DNA from: Eledone cirrhosa
Taxonomy: Eukaryota
Reading direction: 5' to 3'
NCBI GenBank assembly: GCA_964016885.1
Contig: OZ024740.1
Span: forward strand, 282,844,001-282,908,000
DNA: 64,000 nucleotides
The position numbers were made by a program, and so were the translations under genes. Below, piece after piece: positions 1-13,053 of this stretch. The notes under the pieces were generated by a model. The model had not been told where the DNA came from and searched no databases. It was given only the letters and a program-made list of their open reading frames with translations. Each line of letters begins with the position of its first letter. Within the stretch, counting starts at the first letter, position 1.

Positions 1-282
1 TGTGCGAAATTCCTTCCTTGCTCAAATTTCAACCAGGTTTGATGGTCTTTAGTCTCTCGTTCACGATTTCACCGAGTTTATATTCATAGAAATCTGGGAC
101 TTGTCTCTTTCTTCTCACTTTCTGTTGCTTAAACCATTTTGTTTGTTCACCCCAGCGTCCCCTTTATTTACGTGTCCCAACGACTTTTTTTAGCCGTTGT
201 TCGCACCAACCTGAGGTATATGGCCTTTAAAGTGATGAAATGCCTAGGACGGTTGGTAGGCCACTGATGAAGGACTTACTTG

Positions 283-342
<60 letters not shown>

Positions 343-381
343 TTTTGCGAGGTTTTTGATATTAAATCGTGTGTCGAAACA

Positions 382-958
382 TATATTGTATATACTTGGG
401 GAATGTCAAATTTGTGTTATAATATTGCCAGAATTAATAACAGAACACACTCACTGTTTGGTTGGTTTTCGCTTCTGTGTCTTTTATATCGGTTAATTTA
501 ATTTATTCGGTCCTCAATGTTGCCATTGACTGACCAACGGTAAAAAATACAAATACAATATAGACACAAGCACATATATATAGTTTATCAAAGTTCTTTC
601 GTTGCACATCTGCAACATCGTCAGTGGTGCTATTGTTTCCCCCCGTTGCATTGTATTTTCTACGCCATCTTTATTTAATCTGTTTATATATTTATTTATT
701 TGTTTATTCTATTTTGTCTTCTTTGCGCATGCGTTTGCGTGTGTGTATAGTGTTTTGGTTGATGTGTGTTCGTGATTGGGTGACTGTGTATTGGTTAATG
801 TATTCTATCTTTACTAGTGTGTGTTTATATGTGTTTGTTGTTATTGGGCTTGTGTATGTATTTATTTATTTATTTATTTATTTAAAAGCAACCAAACAGT
901 TAGTGTGTTCTGTTATTAATTCTGGCAATATTACACAAATATGACCCTCCCCAAGTAT

Positions 959-966
<8 letters not shown>
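382..966. repeat. Degenerate inverted repeat (arms ~382-469 and ~884-966) between (TA)n tracts; probable PLE remnant
   Basis: The reverse complement of 884-966 matches 382-469 (tatacttgggga...aatattgccagaattaataacagaacacact.actgtttggttg). (TA)n at 286-339 and 964-1009. Confidence 0.7.
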
Positions 967-1011
<45 letters not shown>

Positions 1012-1093
1012 AACGAGTACCCACTCTACTACCCTAAGTATTGAGTACTTTGGTGCTTTATGGTCCACCTGGTTCCTTACCACATTTCCTTCG

Positions 1094-1130
<37 letters not shown>

Positions 1131-1134
<4 letters not shown>

Positions 1135-1333
1135 AACCAGTAAGACCCCGACGGCTGAGCTCAAGCCGTTTCAACGGCTAATTCTGGACATAATTTAGTC
1201 CAGAATTAGCCGTCGAAACGGCTTGAGCTCAGCCGTCGGGGTCTTACTGGTTCCTATTACCCACTCTACTACCCTAAGTATTGAGTACTTTGGTGTGTTA
1301 TGGTCCACCTGGTTCCTTACCACATTTCCTTCG

Positions 1334-1340
<7 letters not shown>
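1131..1340 (+). mobile_element. PLE-derived fold-back repeat, family A (palindrome 1131-1256 plus single-copy tail); tail-only copy at ~1010-1097
   Basis: ~59-bp arms around the loop ataattta. Contains a hammerhead 3' half (GAAAC-ggct-tgagctc-agcc-GTC, 1215-1237). Flanked by (TA)n. The same family recurs at 8859-9053 and 9911-10082. Confidence 0.75.
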
Positions 1341-1387
<47 letters not shown>

Positions 1388-1389
<2 letters not shown>

Positions 1390-1890
1390 GTGTTCAAATA
1401 CCGCCGAGGTTAACTTTGCATTTCTTCCTTAATGGGTTGATAAAATAAAGCACCAGCAATGCACGGGGGTCGATTTAATCGACCCCCCCCTCCCCACAAA
1501 TTGCTGGCCTTGTGCTTACAGTAGTTATCATTATATGTATTACCTATGAGATAAAAATCGTTAAGATGGGATCTTTCTACAGTCAGTTGCTATCCACAAA
1601 ATTACATTACAAAAGGGCATAAAATAAAGTACCAGTAATGCACTGGGCAATTGCTGGCCTTGTGCCTAACATAGAAACAATTATTACAAAAGGGCGGTGG
1701 ATTGGCAGCATCGGTAGCGGGTCGGACGCCATGCTTTGACGCATAGAGTTACGGCCCTTGCCATTCTGAGTTCAAATCCCGCCGAGTTTAACTTTGCCTT
1801 TCATCCTTACCGGGTCGATAAAATAAAGTACCAGTATTACACTGGTTAATTGCTGGCCTTGTTCCAAGAGTAGAAACAATTATTACAAAC
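1388..1890 (+). mobile_element. Cluster of tRNA-derived SINE copies (partial 1388-1530, 3' fragment 1620-1690, full 1692-1890)
   Basis: A-box-like tggcagcatcggtag, B-box-like gagttcaaatccc, central gcctttcatcct..gtcgataaaataaagtaccag, 3' tail ccttgtgcctaaagtagaaacaattatt. Confidence 0.85.
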
Positions 1891-2169
1891 CAGCGTTCTG
1901 CAACACCAGCGTCTCACATAAGTGTAGCCTTAAATCGTGGGAGGGTAACACTAACTGAACTCCGTTTCCACTCCTAAGTACACCACTCCTTTAACACGTT
2001 AGAAAATTGAGTTTCCCCTTCCCATATACCCCTAATATTCCAGAGTTACGCTTCTGTGCAGGTCTTGTTGGATTTCCGCAAAATAGCAATCGATATGATC
2101 AAATTAAGATGGCGGACAAAAAACTAAATCTAATTTAAAATGAAATTACTAATAAGCTTCCAGGTGTTG

Positions 2170-2518
2170 TGTTGCCTGTTGTTGTTGTTGGTGGTGGTGG
2201 TGTTGTTGTTGTTGTTGTTGTTTTTGTTGTTGTTTTTGTGTTGCTGTTGTCAATATTGTTTTGTAATATTAAAAGCAACAGCAGTAACAATAATATAAGA
2301 ATGATAATAATAATACTATTCTAATAACAACAACAACAATAGTACTAATACATTATATGTGTGTGTGTGTGTGTAGGTATGTATTCGTATATAATTATAT
2401 AAAACATAACAAAAGAACAATGATTATAATTGTATAATATTAATACGAATACATGGTTGTTAGTATATTATTATATTATAACTACTACTACTACTACTAC
2501 TACTACTATTACTACTAC

Positions 2519-2571
<53 letters not shown>

Positions 2572-2575
2572 TTGG
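2170..2575. repeat. (GTT)n, (CTA)n/(GTA)n microsatellites
   Basis: Direct reading. Confidence 0.9.
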
Positions 2576-3327
2576 TGTTTGTAATCAGTAGTTGTATGAA
2601 TTAATTGAATATGAGAAAAATTGAAATACTGAAACATAACAAGCTTCACACATTGTTTAGTATTTTATAATACAACAGTGTATATAATATAATGTGTATA
2701 TTATAGAATGCATATACTATTGAGTATATAATTAGAGTATGATAGTTATTTACCACAGATAGTGTAGAGCATGTTATATTGTGTAAATAAGGTACTATTG
2801 ATAATATAGTATATATTGATAATATAGTATATATTGATAATATAGTATATATCATAGAGTGTGCATTTCCTCACTTACCGGAAGTTGCCAGTCCAGTCGA
2901 GATCACAAAGTATGTTATGATGAACACCATCTCATCCATTCGCAGCAACCTCTGACCAGCGATTAATATCAAGAAGATGCTTCCTCACTCACGTCCAGCC
3001 TCTCAAAACGGCTACAGAGAGGACCAGACACCGCTTAATCACCTGAAGACAAGAGCCGGTGGGTGGGGAATCAAAAGCTGTTTTGTGGCTACAGGATTAT
3101 CTCAGTCACCTACGAATCTGGAACAGTAAGCCCTACTATGAAACACTGACTTGTCACCACTCTACGAACCATAGATTTGCAATCTTGAATGAAAATGCAA
3201 AATGTTGTGGGGAGAGGTGCAGTGGAAAGCTGTTATATGACCACTAACAGGCGGACAGGATGTTTCATTGTTTGTAAATACATAACACCCATAATCGTAT
3301 TTCTGATATTCTATAAAACTATTATAT

Positions 3328-3514
3328 AATTGTTTCTACTTTAGGCACAAGGCCAGCAATTACCCAGTGCATTACTGGTACTTTATTTTATCGACCCCGT
3401 AAGGATGAAAGGCAAAGTCAACCTCGGCGGGATTTGAACTCAGATCGTAAAGGGACGTAACTATGCTGGAAAGCATTGCGTCCGACCCTCTACCGATACT
3501 GCCAATCCACCGCC
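3328..3514 (-). mobile_element. tRNA-derived SINE, full length
   Basis: Reverse complement of the SINE at 4451-4640. Confidence 0.9.
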
Positions 3515-4149
3515 GTTTATAAAACTATTATATAATAGTACATTACTATTATAATAATAAACTTCACTATGCTCACTACAAAAATGCGAGATACAATGAA
3601 ATATACCTACTTATATCCACACAATCTTGCTCTGAGTGAAACAAGTTTCATCAAAAACACGACGTAGCTCCCACTGATATCGGTTGAACGAAAATCATAT
3701 CACTAAAGGTCCATTTTATTTTTGTGTCGTTGCTGTAGCTGTTATTGTTGTTATTGCAGATGACGTAGCAATGGCGGTAGTCGTATCTATACTCACAGCC
3801 ACCATCTCCACGTACGATATATGAGAAAGGAAGTGAAGGCTGGCGACTAAAATGATAATGGCGCCGTTGTGTCAGTCGCTGTTAATACCATTACGGTGGA
3901 TGCAGTAATAGTGGTAGTGACTACTGCTGTTATTACTATTGTTGTTGCCGCCATAACTATGGTTGATTGACTTATTGATGACAGCAATTGTAGTAGTTGT
4001 TGTTATTGTAGTCGTCGTTCTCAACTCGAACCGTGCCATTACGGTAGTCAGTATCAGGTCTATCATATCGATAAAGACTTCGAGCCCACTTAATATGAAA
4101 CATATGTTACGTTCGATATGGAATGAAAACATAACATGTACATACACAA

Positions 4150-4339
4150 TAATTGTCTCTACTTTAGGCACAAGGCCAGCAAATACCCAGTGCATTACTG
4201 GTACTTTTATTTTATCGACCACGTAAGGATGAAAGGCAAAGTCAACCTCGGCGGGATTTGAACTCAGATCGTAAAGGGACGTAACTATGCTGGAAAGCAT
4301 GGCGTCCGACCCTCTACCGATACTGCCAATCCACCGCCC
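4150..4339 (-). mobile_element. tRNA-derived SINE, full length
   Basis: Near-identical reverse complement of 4451-4640. Confidence 0.9.
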
Positions 4340-4450
4340 TATATACATACACAATAATGATTACAAATATTCAACACACAAATGCCGCTTGATAAAATGA
4401 ATTAGGAATGTCTACATTTGTCATTCGCAACTATCATTATATATACTATA

Positions 4451-4640
4451 AGGGCGGTGGATTGGCAGTATGGGTAGAGGGTCGGACGCCATGCTTTCCA
4501 GCATAGTTACGTCCCTTTACGATCTGAGTTCAAATCCCGCCGAGGTTGACTCTGCCTTTCATCCTTACGGGGTCGATGAAATAAAGTACCAGTAATGCAC
4601 TGGATAATTGCTGGCCTTGTGCCTAAAGTAGAAACAATTA
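4451..4640 (+). mobile_element. tRNA-derived SINE, full length
   Basis: gggcggtggattggcagta...gagttcaaatcccgccgagg...gtagaaacaatta. The central domain resembles the Meta/MESC-type SINE core (from memory, unverified). Confidence 0.9.
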
Positions 4641-5109
4641 TATATACTAGCAGAACCCCCCCCCCACCCCCCGGGTGGTTTTCTGCTAGCATATATTCTG
4701 CTAGTGTGTGTATTGATATTATACGATACGCAGGTATATATACATGTAGATATGATATATCAAATAAAATCGTAATTGACAATATACAAAGAAATTGAAC
4801 GAAGACTGTGTTACATTTTCTTGTGTAATCAGTAACGTAATCCATGATACATTAAAAAAAGACGATATTATATTTAAACTGCATCAGGAAAAAATTAGTG
4901 ACAGAAAATTAGTATGTTTATTCAAGCAATCGCCAACCCGAAGTGTTGACATTTCAGAAATTTTAAAGAAGTGAATCTTTAAATAAACAAAATATATTTA
5001 ATCAACAGCCACGAAATTTAGATAAATTATGTAATATTCATTCATTATTTATTCAAAGTAATCCAACTTATTTTACTAATGGGATAAAAAATTATAATAT
5101 ATATATATA

Positions 5110-5218
<109 letters not shown>

Positions 5219-5345
5219 TTAGGGTAAATATTGATGCAATTCAATTCAAGCACTCAACGTACTCATTCCACATAGGAGTGACGGAGTAAATATCGAATAA
5301 GGAAAAGCGAAGTAGTTTCAGATGTTCAAGTTTTTTAATAATAAT

Positions 5346-5410
5346 GCTGTGATATATATTTCAATGGCGACAGTGTTCTGTGTGCCAGTGTCGCGACATC
5401 GCCAGACAGC
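5346..5410 (-). ncRNA. Mirror hammerhead with core mutation (CUGGCGA); probably inactive
   Basis: Inverted copy of 5805-5878 with A>G in the CUGANGA core. Confidence 0.6.
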
Positions 5411-5804
5411 TTGTTAGATAATAAGGTTATGTTTCCGAGGCAATCCAAATTGAATCGACATGGAAACGGACGAAGTGTGTGCTTTTGGGTTCTTCATCCG
5501 TTCCCCTGTGAGTACCAATTCACCCCCACCGGTCTGTGCAAGCGCAGGTCCAGAGGAAGTTGACCATTAACTACCGCAGATTTCAACGTAATTCGCTTAG
5601 TCATTTCCCCTCTCAGCCAAACAATGACCCATTCAGGCCGGTACCATACTTTACTGCTACCCATCCCGTCTGTCTGCGCAGACCAGTGGGGGTGAATTGG
5701 TACTCACAGGGGAACGGATGAAAAACCCAAAGGCACACACTTCGTCCGTTCCCATGTCGATTCAATTTGGATTGCCTCGGAAACATAACCTTATTATGTA
5801 ACAA

Positions 5805-5878
5805 GCTGTCTGACGATGTCGCGACACTGGCACACAGAACGGTGTGGACACTGTCGCCATTGAAATATATATCACAGC
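5805..5878 (+). ncRNA. Minimal type I hammerhead ribozyme
   Basis: GCUGU-CUGACGA-stem II (gcgaca/ugucgc)-GAAAU-AUAU-AUC-ACAGC. 5-bp stem I, palindromic stem III loop. Confidence 0.8.
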
Positions 5879-5925
5879 ATTATTATTAAAAGACTTGAAC
5901 ATCTGAAACTACTTCGCTTTTCTTA

Positions 5926-5991
<66 letters not shown>

Positions 5992-6875
5992 ATATATATA
6001 TATATATAGTTAGGGAAGCAGAAGATTGCTTATTGTAATCCAGTTCGTGGTTAAGATAGTGAGTTTCATGGACGATTTCAACGTACGGTTAGGGGTAACT
6101 CCACATGTTTGTAAGAATCACGTTCAATCTTGGAGTATAAAGAATAAAAGAGAAAACACAGGTAAGCATTAAAAAAAGGATTTTATCCAGGTATATATGA
6201 CCGTTTCATTGGCAAGTGCAACCTTATATTGCTATACTGCAAATAGCAGCCATTCAATAATAATTGTTGTTCACTTCCAAATTTTCAAAATAATGAATAA
6301 GTTACTCGTAAAAGCTTCTGAATATATTAAAAAACATTTTTTTGGAATTGTGTTTACTAGTATAGAGAGAGAGGAAGGGGAAGAAGAATTAAGAAGTAGA
6401 GGGACAAACGGAGTAGTATAGAGAGATAGGAGAAGGGGAGAGGAATTAGGAAGTAGAGTGACAAACGGAGAGTGAGGGAGGGGTAAAGATGGAAGGATTC
6501 TTCGATCAGTTTTGATTCGTAGACTTGATGTCGTCAATTTACAGTGTAGGGAGTTAAATTGTTTATAGTGGGAGGGATTGAGAGAGAGAGATAGAGAGAG
6601 ATAAATATATATATAAATATAAATAAAGAAGGGGAGGAAAGAAAAAAAAGAAAAAAAAGAAAAAAAAAGAAAAAAAAAGAAAAAAAAAGAAAAAAAAAGA
6701 AAAGAAAAGATAGAAAAAAAGGGAGAGAAGAAAAGCAGAAATAGAAAAAAGAGAAAAGGAATGAAGGAGGAGGGAGGGACATAGGTATTGGTTATTGTTG
6801 GTAATTAAAGGGGTTAGATTCAATAAGAGGGTAGAAAGTCTAAGTATATGCAGTTTGTCATTTGGTAGTAAGAGG

Positions 6876-8115
6876 TTAAGGGTTCGATTTGTACATGTAG
6901 TGCGAACATTTTTCTTTGAGGCTATGGTTACAATAAATTGATCTTTCGATTTTATTGTTGAGTAACTTATTCTTCGAACTCAAAATGTGGAACAGCTCAA
7001 GGTCACATAACCGACAGCTTCTCATACCACTCCGATATGGGGGCGCGTTCGATAATTTTTTACACTTCAGGGTGTATTGATGGTTACTTTCCCTCAGTTG
7101 CCAGGTCTTGTTCGCAAGGGTAGTTACATAACGATGCTGGGAATGTCTCATTGCGTAACGGTGTGTATACCACCGAGCTTTAAATGTATTCCCAGTCGCT
7201 CCGATGTAATACCATTTCTGGTTGTCTGATTCTATTGTGCATTGGTAAACCAGGTTAGACTTCATACATTCATTATGCAATGGACAGGTTTCAGGTAGGC
7301 GGAAATTACAATTCTTGTCATGGGCAACTTAGGCATTATTGGTGAGCTGCGATGCCTGTACAAGTGTGTTACGTTTTGTTTGCCTATTAGTGGGTGGTTG
7401 TGTATTAGATATTCTGTTGTGTTTGATGGTAATTGTATCGTTATTGTTATACATTTGTGTTCCGGTGTTGTTACGTATCTTTTTAGCGTTAAGCATCTTA
7501 ATGTGTGCCTCTATGTTTTGTGCCGTCGAGTAAGATAGTCTAATAGATTTTGTGTTAAGGATTTTGCTGTATCTATATGAATCTGGAAAGTGCTTATTTA
7601 TTATTCTAAAGAAGGTAGAGGGTATATTGGTACTAATAGAGGTGTTAAATATGGGGTTATACCAAATATATTTTCTACTGCGTGACCTGTTTGATTTTGA
7701 TGTTGTATTTCTATTTTCAGTAAAATGTGTAGTTCTATGCGTAAATGCGTGTGTGCGTGTGTTTCCGGAGTTTGTGTAATGCCTGTTCGTGTGTGCTTTG
7801 CGGAGGCTTTCATCTATATATTCTACTCTATCTAGGTGGCCTGCCTTGTCTAGTGCGTATTGTAGTACTCCGCATGTTCTTCGAAGATTTGTCGGTTAGA
7901 CGAGAGGCGGGAGATCCTAAGGGATATGCTGCGTGGAACGGATTTAATTATGGAGAGTGGGTGGTTCGAATTACAGTTGATGTATGCTAAGTTTTCATTA
8001 ATCTTGTGATAAGTCCCGTATTTAGGTTAAGCGTCGCGTCTAGAAAGTTAACTATTTTAGTGCTATATTCATACGTTATGCTAAGGCCTAGTTTCCCGAG
8101 AGTCTTTCTAATATT
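6876..8115 (-). pseudogene. Penelope-like element ORF remnant (RT C-terminus/thumb plus C-terminal GIY-YIG endonuclease)
   Basis: Fragments read IVNFLDATLNL, SNHP...SISLRISRLSSN..IF, CNF...CPL..EC...NLVY..WYYIGAT..FKARW..H, CRLC..E..LLN...C.H. Frameshifted and interrupted by stops. Confidence 0.85.
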
Positions 8116-8139
8116 CTTTTATATATATATATATATATA

Positions 8140-8691
8140 TTTAGGTTTGTTGGTTTACCACTGGATAGAACTGGTCATTCCGTATGGTCAATCTCCATGT
8201 AATATTATGGAGAGCACTCAACGTAATGCAACTCACCCGTCTTCGTTTGTGTAGTTGGTGGTGCGAGTACGGAGTTAATTATTATAAAATAACAGGAGGC
8301 TGGACTGGTGTAAATCCTTGAAAGGTTTATTATACTATGAACATTTCAATGACCGGATTCAGTATGAATTCGGTTACATCATCAGGTAATTCAAAATATA
8401 ACAAAGGATTATAACAGATAAAATCTATGGTGCTGAAAATCAGAGGCAAGTGGGCGACCGACTATTTAGCAGCTTCTACCTCTGTCGGCCGCCCTCAATG
8501 CGACAGAGGTAGAAGCTGCTAAACTGTCGGTCACCCTCGCGTCTCTGATTTTCAGCACCATACATTTTATCTGTTATAATCCTTTGTTATATTTTGAATT
8601 ACCTGATGATGTCACCGGATTCATACTGAACCCGGGCATCATAGTATAATAAACCTTTCAAGGATTTACACCAGTCCAGCCTCCTGTTATT

Positions 8692-8700
<9 letters not shown>
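8140..8700. mobile_element. PLE fold-back remnant: arms ~8281-8487 and ~8501-8698, single-copy tail 8140-8280
   Basis: ~200-bp inverted arms with a 13-bp spacer, (TA)n on both sides. Confidence 0.8.
8333..8388 (-). ncRNA. Minimal type I hammerhead ribozyme (short stem I)
   Basis: UAC-CUGAUGA-stem II (accgaauuc/gaauccggu)-GAAAU-GUUC-AUA-GUA. The mirror arm has lost the GAAA segment. Confidence 0.6.
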
Positions 8701-8727
<27 letters not shown>

Positions 8728-8826
8728 AAAAAATATGATCCCGACGGCAGAGCTCAATCTACTACCCTAAGTATTGAGTATTCTGGTGCGTTATGGTCCA
8801 TTTGGTTCCTTACCACAACTCCTTCG

Positions 8827-8858
<32 letters not shown>

Positions 8859-8862
<4 letters not shown>

Positions 8863-9053
8863 CGAAGGAAATGTGGTAAGGAACCAGGTGGACCATAACG
8901 CACCAAAGTACTCAATACTTAGGGTAGTAGAGTGGGTAATAGGAACGAGTAGGACCCCGACGGCTGAGCTCAAGCCGTTTCGACGGCTAATTCAGTCCAG
9001 AATTAGCCGTCGAAACGGCTTGAGCTCAGCCGTCGGGGTCCTACTCGTTCCTA
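8859..9053 (-). mobile_element. Family A fold-back copy (degenerate fragment also at ~8740-8830)
   Basis: Reverse complement of 1131-1340 with a shortened loop; (TA)n on both sides. Confidence 0.8.
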
Positions 9054-9882
9054 TATATATATATATTTATTCGCTCGCGTGACTATCGCTTGCATATAAT
9101 AGTCGTCTCTTACTTTTCGCAAAAAACAAATCTGGAATGAATGTTCCAGATGTCTTGAGTTATCAAGATTTATGTTTCAAGCGATTATTCCATACATAAA
9201 TTTTATGATATAGAAATGACTTTTTTCCGTGTTAGATCTATTATCGATATGTGTTTTGATGTACAATTCATACAAATACCAGGTTATAGATTTCTTAAAT
9301 TTCGTTATCCATCATACACTATAATTAGTCTGATGTAAAGTATATCACAATTTCTATGTCTATATATTCTAGTCTATATGTATTTACTTCTCTATAATTA
9401 CCTTGTACTTGATAATTACTATAATCTACTGTAAAATTATGGCAGCATTGACACAACGCTTCTTCTGTTTACTGTTCGGAGATGTAAAACGTCACAGCAG
9501 GGAACAGAACTATGTGCATATTATAACGGCCAGTTAGTTGTATTATACAATAATTATGAGTTGAAATTATAGTGTGTATATTTTATATTGCATATAATAT
9601 AGTGTGATATTTTATTGTGTATATAATATAGTGTGATAAGTGTGACGTATACGTAAAAAACGCAATGGTAAATATTTATGAGCTTTGAGGTCTTATTCAA
9701 CGTTTTGTTATCTAGCAGGATGTAAAATCAATATTATTTGTATAATTTCTTCTTTTGTTTTGTTCACTTGATATCATTAATGCTTCTGCTAACCATTCGA
9801 TATTACGAATTTTTGTATGCATTCCAGCTCCATAAAATAGTATTATGGTTTAAATAATGCAACATTTTCCTGAAGGTACACG

Positions 9883-9910
<28 letters not shown>

Positions 9911-9914
<4 letters not shown>

Positions 9915-10082
9915 CGAAGGAATTGTGGTAAGGAACCAGATGGACCATAACGCACCAAAGTACTCAATACTTAGGGTAGTAGAGTGGGTAATAGTAACAA
10001 GTATGACCCGACGACGGAGTTCAAGCTATAAATAGCCATCTAAATGGCTTGAGCTCTGCCGTCGGGGTCATACTTGTTCCTA
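9911..10082 (-). mobile_element. Family A fold-back copy, diverged
   Basis: Same tail and a degenerate palindrome; (TA)n on both sides. Confidence 0.75.
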
Positions 10083-10096
10083 TATATATATATATA

Positions 10097-10876
10097 TAAA
10101 CATAAATTATCGAGATTCGCATTTCGGCCCACGAAATAACGAAAAACAACCTCCGAGATGTGAGGCAAGTGCTCAATGATGCAGATGAACCAGAGCTATA
10201 ACAAACGTTAAAGGCCAAACACACTGAGACGATGGTTAAACAATCATTCGCATAGCCAAAAAAAAACGATCAAGTAATTCGGGTATTGAAAATTTACCCG
10301 GACCCCTGGAAGGTTGGTAAAATCCAGTATTTGGGTTTCTGCGGCTCCTAAATCAAGTACCGTCCGCTTACATAAAAAATGTCAGGCTTCTGGTAAGATT
10401 ATTGAACAAGGAAGCCACTTTCTCAACAGGCTTTAGTTCAATGTTAATACAAGGACTGACTATTGCTGACTCCACGTGGGGATCGGCAAGGTAGGCAGCC
10501 CCTATATCAGGCGAATAAATTCAGTTGTTTATATTTTTGCAAGAATGCAAAAACATCACAAATCGAATAGAGTTCTCAACAGTAGTGTTAAAAATTAACA
10601 TAAGTTATTCATCAGTCAATAGAATCAACTAAAAAATCAAGAAAATTAACTGGTCAATAGCTAGAGTCTGGAGATAAATACAAACATAAATTATCGAGAT
10701 TCACATTTCGGCCCACGAAATAACGAAAAACAACCTCCGAGATGTGAGGCAGGTGCTCAAAGATTCAGATGAACCAGAGCTATAACAAACGTTAAAGGCT
10801 AAACACACTGAGACGATGGTTAAACAATCATTCGCATAGCCAAAAAAACGATCAAGTAATTCGGGCATTGAAAATT
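10097..10876. repeat. ~195-bp direct repeat (10097-10295 and 10683-10876) around a unique ~390-bp core
   Basis: aaacataaattatcgagattc...gtaattcggg.attgaaaatt occurs twice with few mismatches. Confidence 0.85.
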
Positions 10877-10942
10877 AAATATAAACCGTATACCCCCCCC
10901 CCCCCCCGGAAAATGTCGCATTATTTAAACCATATTTAAACA

Positions 10943-11135
10943 GGGCGATGAATTGGCAGTATCGGTATAGGGTCGGACGCCATGCTTATACGCATAGAGT
11001 TACGGCACTTGCCATTCTGAGCTCAAATCCCGCCGAGGTTAACGTTGCCTTTCATCCTTACGGGGTCGATAAAATAAAGTACCAGTAATGTACTGGGTAA
11101 TTTATGACCTTTTGCCAATAGTAGAAACAATTATT
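10943..11135 (+). mobile_element. tRNA-derived SINE with possible TSD attatttaaaccatatt
   Basis: Matches the SINE consensus; the flanking motif occurs at ~10920-10936 and ~11130-11146. Confidence 0.85.
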
Positions 11136-11189
11136 TAAACCATATTCTAAGAGCAGATTTATGTGGTCGACTATTATATGAATATATAT

Positions 11190-11490
11190 ATATATATAAT
11201 AGAACAAAACGAAGCAGTTTCGTTTACACATGAAAAATATTTATTGCGTAATGACCTGTTACGCGCGTTTCGCAGAGGATTGGCTCAAGGTGACCCATAG
11301 GGGTTATGGACCCGACTCCAGTATCTATCTGCTCGTCAGACTGGTGGGGCAGATCGATACTGGAGTCGTGTCCATAACCCCTATGGCTCACCTTGAGCCA
11401 ATCCTCTGCGAAACGCGCGTAACAGGTCATTACGCAATAAATATTTTTCATATGTAAACGAAACTTCCTCGTCTTTTTCTATTATATATA
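11190..11490. mobile_element. PLE fold-back remnant (arms ~11190-11332 and ~11349-11490)
   Basis: Near-perfect ~140-bp arms; (TA)n at the left end. Confidence 0.8.
11254..11345 (-). ncRNA. Type I hammerhead ribozyme with enlarged stem II region
   Basis: ACCAGU-CUGACGA-GCAGA...UCUGC-GAAAC-GCGC-GUA-ACAGGU. Stem I 5/6 paired, palindromic GCGC loop. Confidence 0.75.
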
Positions 11491-11614
11491 CTCTGCATGT
11501 GTATAGACTGCTTGATTTGGTACCAACACCAGTACTTCATCGTATTAACTACACTAAAAATATAAACTTCCTTACGCACACACTCGCATATACATGCTCT
11601 CTCTCTCACACACG

Positions 11615-11703
<89 letters not shown>

Positions 11704-12118
11704 TCACACATATACTCCACCCAAGTTCAATAACTAATGAGATTTTTCCTGTAAGATCGTGGTAGTTGTACTTAATTTACAGCGTTAATGTTTCCAAGAA
11801 TATGTTCTGAAAGTCAATAGATTCGACTGTACTTTCGTCTCTCCTATCAATCAATGGTCCTGTAATCAATTGAATGTTTGGCTCTACTTGAAGTACTTGT
11901 AATTTTGCAGATATTTTAACATACAATAAGATATATATGAAGTAGTTATATTCTTATAACATTAAGATATGGTATTCTTGTAAGACTGCATTAACAGATT
12001 TTATACATTTCCAACCAGAGAAATATTAGAGGTTTTTGATGTATAGCGGTGAAGTATTACACTATCAATTAATATATACCTTGAATATGTATATATACAC
12101 GCACACACATACACACAT

Positions 12119-12178
<60 letters not shown>

Positions 12179-12216
12179 ACACCCACACACACACAAACAC
12201 ACACACACACACACAT

Positions 12217-12259
<43 letters not shown>

Positions 12260-12897
12260 CGCGTGTGTGTGAGTGTCTGTGTGTGTGTGTTTGTATGTAT
12301 ATATATATATATATATATACATGATGGCTGCCTCCTCGTTATCGAGTATGGCCATTGCACGATATAACATTAATTATCAGTTGATGCTATCGTGCAATGC
12401 CTGTGATTATTTTTAAAGTGAGGAAAGACTGTGCGCTGAGCCAATCCAACTCTCTGAGCGACAGTAGCTATAACTCGAAAAGATCAACATCATCGGTAAC
12501 TACTGAGCCGCAGGTTCTATGTCGGAGTTATCCCAGTTTCCTGAGTTACCTTCTCCTAGAAGAATGCCCTGACAAAGGCTAGGGGTCCTTCACTCTCTGT
12601 GGTTTAACCGCGCGATCGGGTATCCAGCCGATTATTTCTATGTCCCCGCGCATATACATACACATACATACATGTATATACATATTTACACATGGCCTCA
12701 TATGAGTTCTTCCACACTTTGTCAGGTTTTATTTTTTGTCCTGCTGGGTGTTCAAAATCACCCTCCTCACAAAGTAAACTTGGTGGGGTTGCCGGTTTAG
12801 TCGCCGAAGGCCCGACCATGCGACAGGTAGTACTGGGTTACATATTACCAGTAGCACTCAAGAGTGACCTGACATACCCGACATATATATACATACA

Positions 12898-12949
<52 letters not shown>

Positions 12950-12998
12950 AAATAAAGTTAAATAAAAGTCAAATGATTAAAATTTAGCTTCGTTTATT

Positions 12999-13053
12999 AC
13001 TGCTATATATATTTCAGTGACAGCCATCTTTGGCTGTGACCTCTTCAGGCAGT
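12999..13053 (-). ncRNA. Minimal type I hammerhead ribozyme followed by AATAAA and (TA)n
   Basis: ACUGC-CUGAAGA-GGUCACAGCCA-aaga-UGGCUGUCACU-GAAAU-AUAU-AUA-GCAGU. Confidence 0.85.

Noticed and set aside
1692-1790. tRNA-like A/B boxes
   Set aside because: These are SINE heads with no complete cloverleaf; not tRNA genes.
2870-3250. Possible decayed RT fragment
   Set aside because: Only a vague YxDD-like echo; not supportable without a search.
10105-10620. Minus-strand CUGAUGA (10609-10615) and GAAAU-GCGA-AUC (~10115-10126) with a pairable stem I
   Set aside because: About 490 nt apart and the base of stem II does not pair; not called a hammerhead.
12842-12870. ACTC-TT-GAGT-GCT on the minus strand
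   Set aside because: No inner stem and apparently part of a different repeat; not counted as an instance of the tail hairpin.
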